Shown here piece after piece: positions 61,666-64,000 of a stretch of 64,000 bases of DNA (positions are counted from its first letter, which is position 1; each line of letters begins with the position of its first letter). Made by a program: the position numbers and the translations under genes. The stretch comes from an uncultured Acidobacteriaceae bacterium (GTDB taxonomy: Bacteria > Acidobacteriota > Terriglobia > Terriglobales > Acidobacteriaceae), in NCBI GenBank assembly GCA_963795875.1, contig CAWCJM010000003.1:662574-726573 (forward strand), read 5' to 3'. Under the pieces are notes generated by a model. It did not search any database. It saw only the letters and a list, made by a program, of their open reading frames with translations, and was not told where the DNA came from.

Positions 61666-61935
61666 TCAGCTAACTTCCTTCGCGTTACGTCTTCCGATCA
61701 AATAACGAGCGAATGACAAAAGTCCTGTGAAGCGGTAGGTCGGATCTATGTAGTGTTCGATTACGTAGAAAGCAAAATAGTAAAAACGACAAAACGCCCA
61801 GATTGCGATCACCAACAGAGTGGCTACTTGCAGTGTGGGACGCTGGATGAATGTCAGCGCGGCCGCCAACAATCCCAGGAGCAGGAAGAGCGCGCCCTTT
61901 GCTTTGATCCATGCCGGGTTGGTTAGATTCCGCAT
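61666..61935 (-). CDS. Small 2-3 TM membrane protein
   Basis: Hydrophobic segments GALFLLLGLLAAALTFI and ATLLVIAIWAFCRFYYFAFYVI. Confidence 0.45.
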   Translation of the reverse strand: MRNLTNPAWIKAKGALFLLLGLLAAALTFIQRPTLQVATLLVIAIWAFCRFYYFAFYVIEHYIDPTYRFTGLLSFARYLIGRRNAKEVS

Positions 61936-61969
61936 GTTGGGGCCGCTTTGGCGGCAGACCTTGCCCAGC

Positions 61970-62528
61970 TCAGGGCTTGATTGTAGCTGGAGTGACTGCG
62001 TATGGGCTCGAATCGCGGTAGCGCTTTTCGAATTCTTCGCGGGTACAGATGGTCTTTACGTCGGTAACCCGGTCGATGGCGAGGATGCCGTCGAGGTGGT
62101 CGATTTCGTGTTGCAGGAGTTCTGAAAGATTGCGGTCGTCGCCGGCTTCGAACTCGAGGGTCTTGCCGTCGAGATTCTGATAGCGAACCGTGATCTGCGC
62201 GGTGGCGTTCGACCTGCATGAAGATCGAGAGGAAGCTGAGGCAGGCGTCCCAGACGATGATTTTTTCTTCGCTGTGGTTGATGATTTCGGGATTCATCAG
62301 GGGCCACGGGTTGGCGTCGGGGAGCTTTAGAAAAATGACGCGCTGCAGGATGCCGAGTTGGGGTGCGGCGATGCCGCGTCCATAGCCGGTTTGTGCGCGC
62401 CAGTGGGCGAGGGTGTCGGCGAGGTCGCGGACTAGGGCGTCGATTTCGGGTGCGGTCGAATCGACGACTGGGAGAGCTTTCTGCCGCAGGAGCGGGTCAC
62501 CGAGTTGGAGGACAGGACGGATCGGCAT
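61970..62528 (-). CDS. def: Peptide deformylase; 1-2 apparent frameshifts
   Basis: GIAAPQLG, DACLS (EGCLS position) and, after a shift, LLQHEIDHLDGIL. Ends ...TPATIKP* at 61970-61972. Confidence 0.8.
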
Positions 62529-62557
62529 CTGCAGTTTCCAAGTTCATTGTCACAATT

Positions 62558-62743
62558 TTATCCTTTGGGCTTTGAGACGGGATCGGACCAGGCGAACTGA
62601 AGGACGATACACAGGATTAGAGCCATAAAAAAGTCCGCGAGCGCAGGATGGGCGGGCCAGATCTTGTGGGCGAAGCCAATCCACCAGGCCAGCATAGCTG
62701 CGATCGTCGCTACCGCGGAAATCTTCAGGGTTTTCATGGCCAC
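62558..62743 (-). CDS. Small membrane protein (61 aa)
   Basis: Two hydrophobic segments. ORF only. Confidence 0.3.
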   Translation of the reverse strand: MAMKTLKISAVATIAAMLAWWIGFAHKIWPAHPALADFFMALILCIVLQFAWSDPVSKPKG

Positions 62744-62842
62744 ACGAACGTTCAGCTGCAGAGCATGCGCTGATTCTACAACGTCCTTGGATTCAGCAGC
62801 CGCGCTCGCCCTCGTACTTCGCTATGGGCAGTATCAAAACCA

Positions 62843-62868
62843 GACAGCCAGGGCGGCTGTCTCCACAT
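62843..62868 (+). repeat. Partial hairpin-repeat copy 'gacagccagggcggctgtctccacat'
   Basis: Perfect 7-bp stem gacagcc/ggctgtc. Matches the 3' half of 60856-60900. Confidence 0.5.
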
Positions 62869-62907
62869 GGTTCGTTCTTTCTCCACAAGGGGCATTCTTG
62901 AGAACGG

Positions 62908-63924
62908 TTATCTGGCTGCGGCGGCGTCGAAGAGGCTTAGGAGTTCTAACTTCTTTTCTGCTGGCAGGAAAGAGGCTTCGAAGGAGTTGCGGGCTAGTTC
63001 GCGGAGGTGCTCGTCAGTGAAGCCAAAGGTCTCCTGGGCAAGTTGGTATTCACGCGATAGCGTGGTTCCGAACAAGGCTGGGTCGTCTGTGTTGAGCGTG
63101 ATCATGACGCCATGGTCGAAATAGTTCTTCGTAGGATGGTCGGCGACGGCCTTACATATTCCGGTGCGAAGATTGCTGGTGATGCAGAGTTCGACGGGGA
63201 TCTGGCGCTGGGCTAGCTCTTCGATCAGGTCTGTGTCCTGGGCGGCGGTGAAGCCATGGCCGATGCGCTCGGCACGCAGGTTGAGCGCTCCCCAGATGGA
63301 TTCTGGAGGGCCTGTCTCGCCGGCGTGCGCGGTCAGCCGCAGTCCTTGTTCGGCGGCGTAGGCATAGACGCCGCGGAAAAGTTCCGGTGGCGCTTTCAGT
63401 TCATCGCCGCCAATGCCGACGCCAACGACATGGCGGTCGCGGTAGCGTGCGGCGAGTTCGAAAACTTTCTGCGCTTCCTCGACTCCGAAGTGGCGAGTGG
63501 CGTCGAAGATCCAAAGTAATGACACGCCGAAATCGCGGGCGCCGCGGGCGCGTCCACGTTCCAGACCTTCGAAGATTTTGGGGAAATCCTGCTTGCGGTA
63601 GAGGCAGACGCCGACTGCAACATAGACCTCTGCGTGCAGTACGTTCTCTTCCTTCAGGCGCTGCATGAGGCGGTAGGTGATGAGTTCGTAATCATCGGGG
63701 CCGCGCAGGTGCGCGCTCACGGCCTTGAAGGCCATCAGGAAGCTCTGGAAATCGGTGTACCCGTAGAGGCTCTGGACCTCGGCGAGTGAGGAGTGATCGC
63801 CGTGGAGCTTACGGAGTTCGAGCAGGGTCGCGGGTTCGACTGCGCCTTCGAGGTGGAGATGCAATTCTGCTTTGGGAAGCTGACGGATGAAAGCATTCGG
63901 GGGACGGTCGACTGCTGCGGTCAT
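62908..63924 (-). CDS. add: Adenosine deaminase
   Basis: LPKAELHLHLEGAVEP...TAHAGE...RIGHG...ELCITSNLRT...ITLNTDDP. Confidence 0.85.
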   Translation of the reverse strand: MTAAVDRPPNAFIRQLPKAELHLHLEGAVEPATLLELRKLHGDHSSLAEVQSLYGYTDFQSFLMAFKAVSAHLRGPDDYELITYRLMQRLKEENVLHAEVYVAVGVCLYRKQDFPKIFEGLERGRARGARDFGVSLLWIFDATRHFGVEEAQKVFELAARYRDRHVVGVGIGGDELKAPPELFRGVYAYAAEQGLRLTAHAGETGPPESIWGALNLRAERIGHGFTAAQDTDLIEELAQRQIPVELCITSNLRTGICKAVADHPTKNYFDHGVMITLNTDDPALFGTTLSREYQLAQETFGFTDEHLRELARNSFEASFLPAEKKLELLSLFDAAAAR

Positions 63925-64000
63925 GCATCTGATTGTAGATTCTTGAGGGGAGATTTGCGAGGGAGCGGGTGAGCCCTCGGTGTTCTCAAAACGTTTACCA

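Overview
High-GC bacterial chromosome segment, almost certainly Acidobacteria. The markers are an ADOP-type duplicated permease, a CarboxypepD_reg-type TonB-dependent receptor, membrane HTH+TPR regulators and a GloVer repeat protein. Most of the window is ordinary housekeeping, envelope and signalling genes: nadC, valS, czcA-like RND pump, bamD, rpe, def, add, racemase, AKR, DinB, CPBP proteases and others. The exception is a visibly lower-GC island at about 3.6-22.4 kb. Its core (3.6-10.7 kb) carries a solo Cas1 integrase with the E/H/D-E catalytic motifs plus a C-terminal Zn-ribbon and HTH. It also carries an intact 803-aa family-B DNA polymerase with all Exo I-III, A, B, C and KxY motifs, an HNH nuclease, HTH proteins and two unknown proteins, arranged as two divergent operons with 4-nt start/stop overlaps. 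No cas2, CRISPR array, recombinase or phage structural gene is present. This is the gene signature of a casposon (self-synthesizing Cas1 transposon). A 31-32 nt inverted repeat pair (3614-3645 / 19097-19127) is flanked on the outside by an identical 14-nt direct repeat 'gtcaaacggggaga', the TSD-TIR...TIR-TSD layout expected of casposase integration. A third copy of the 14-mer (21592-21605), a second inverted-repeat pair (19142-19180 / 21553-21591), a further TIR-like arm (21606-21637) and a paralog of a casposon gene at 21.98-22.37 kb suggest repeated or tandem insertions at one hotspot. A genome-wide REP-like palindrome family is the main alternative. Other observations: a palindromic REP-like element inside the valS coding sequence, a polypurine tract plus G4 motif, a small hairpin-repeat family, a DinB gene remnant, and an orphan RND pump. 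Many genes, including essential ones such as valS, carry single-nt frameshifts in a patchy distribution. This looks like sequence or assembly error rather than biology, and it makes the coordinates of split genes approximate. No rRNA, tRNA or CRISPR array was found.
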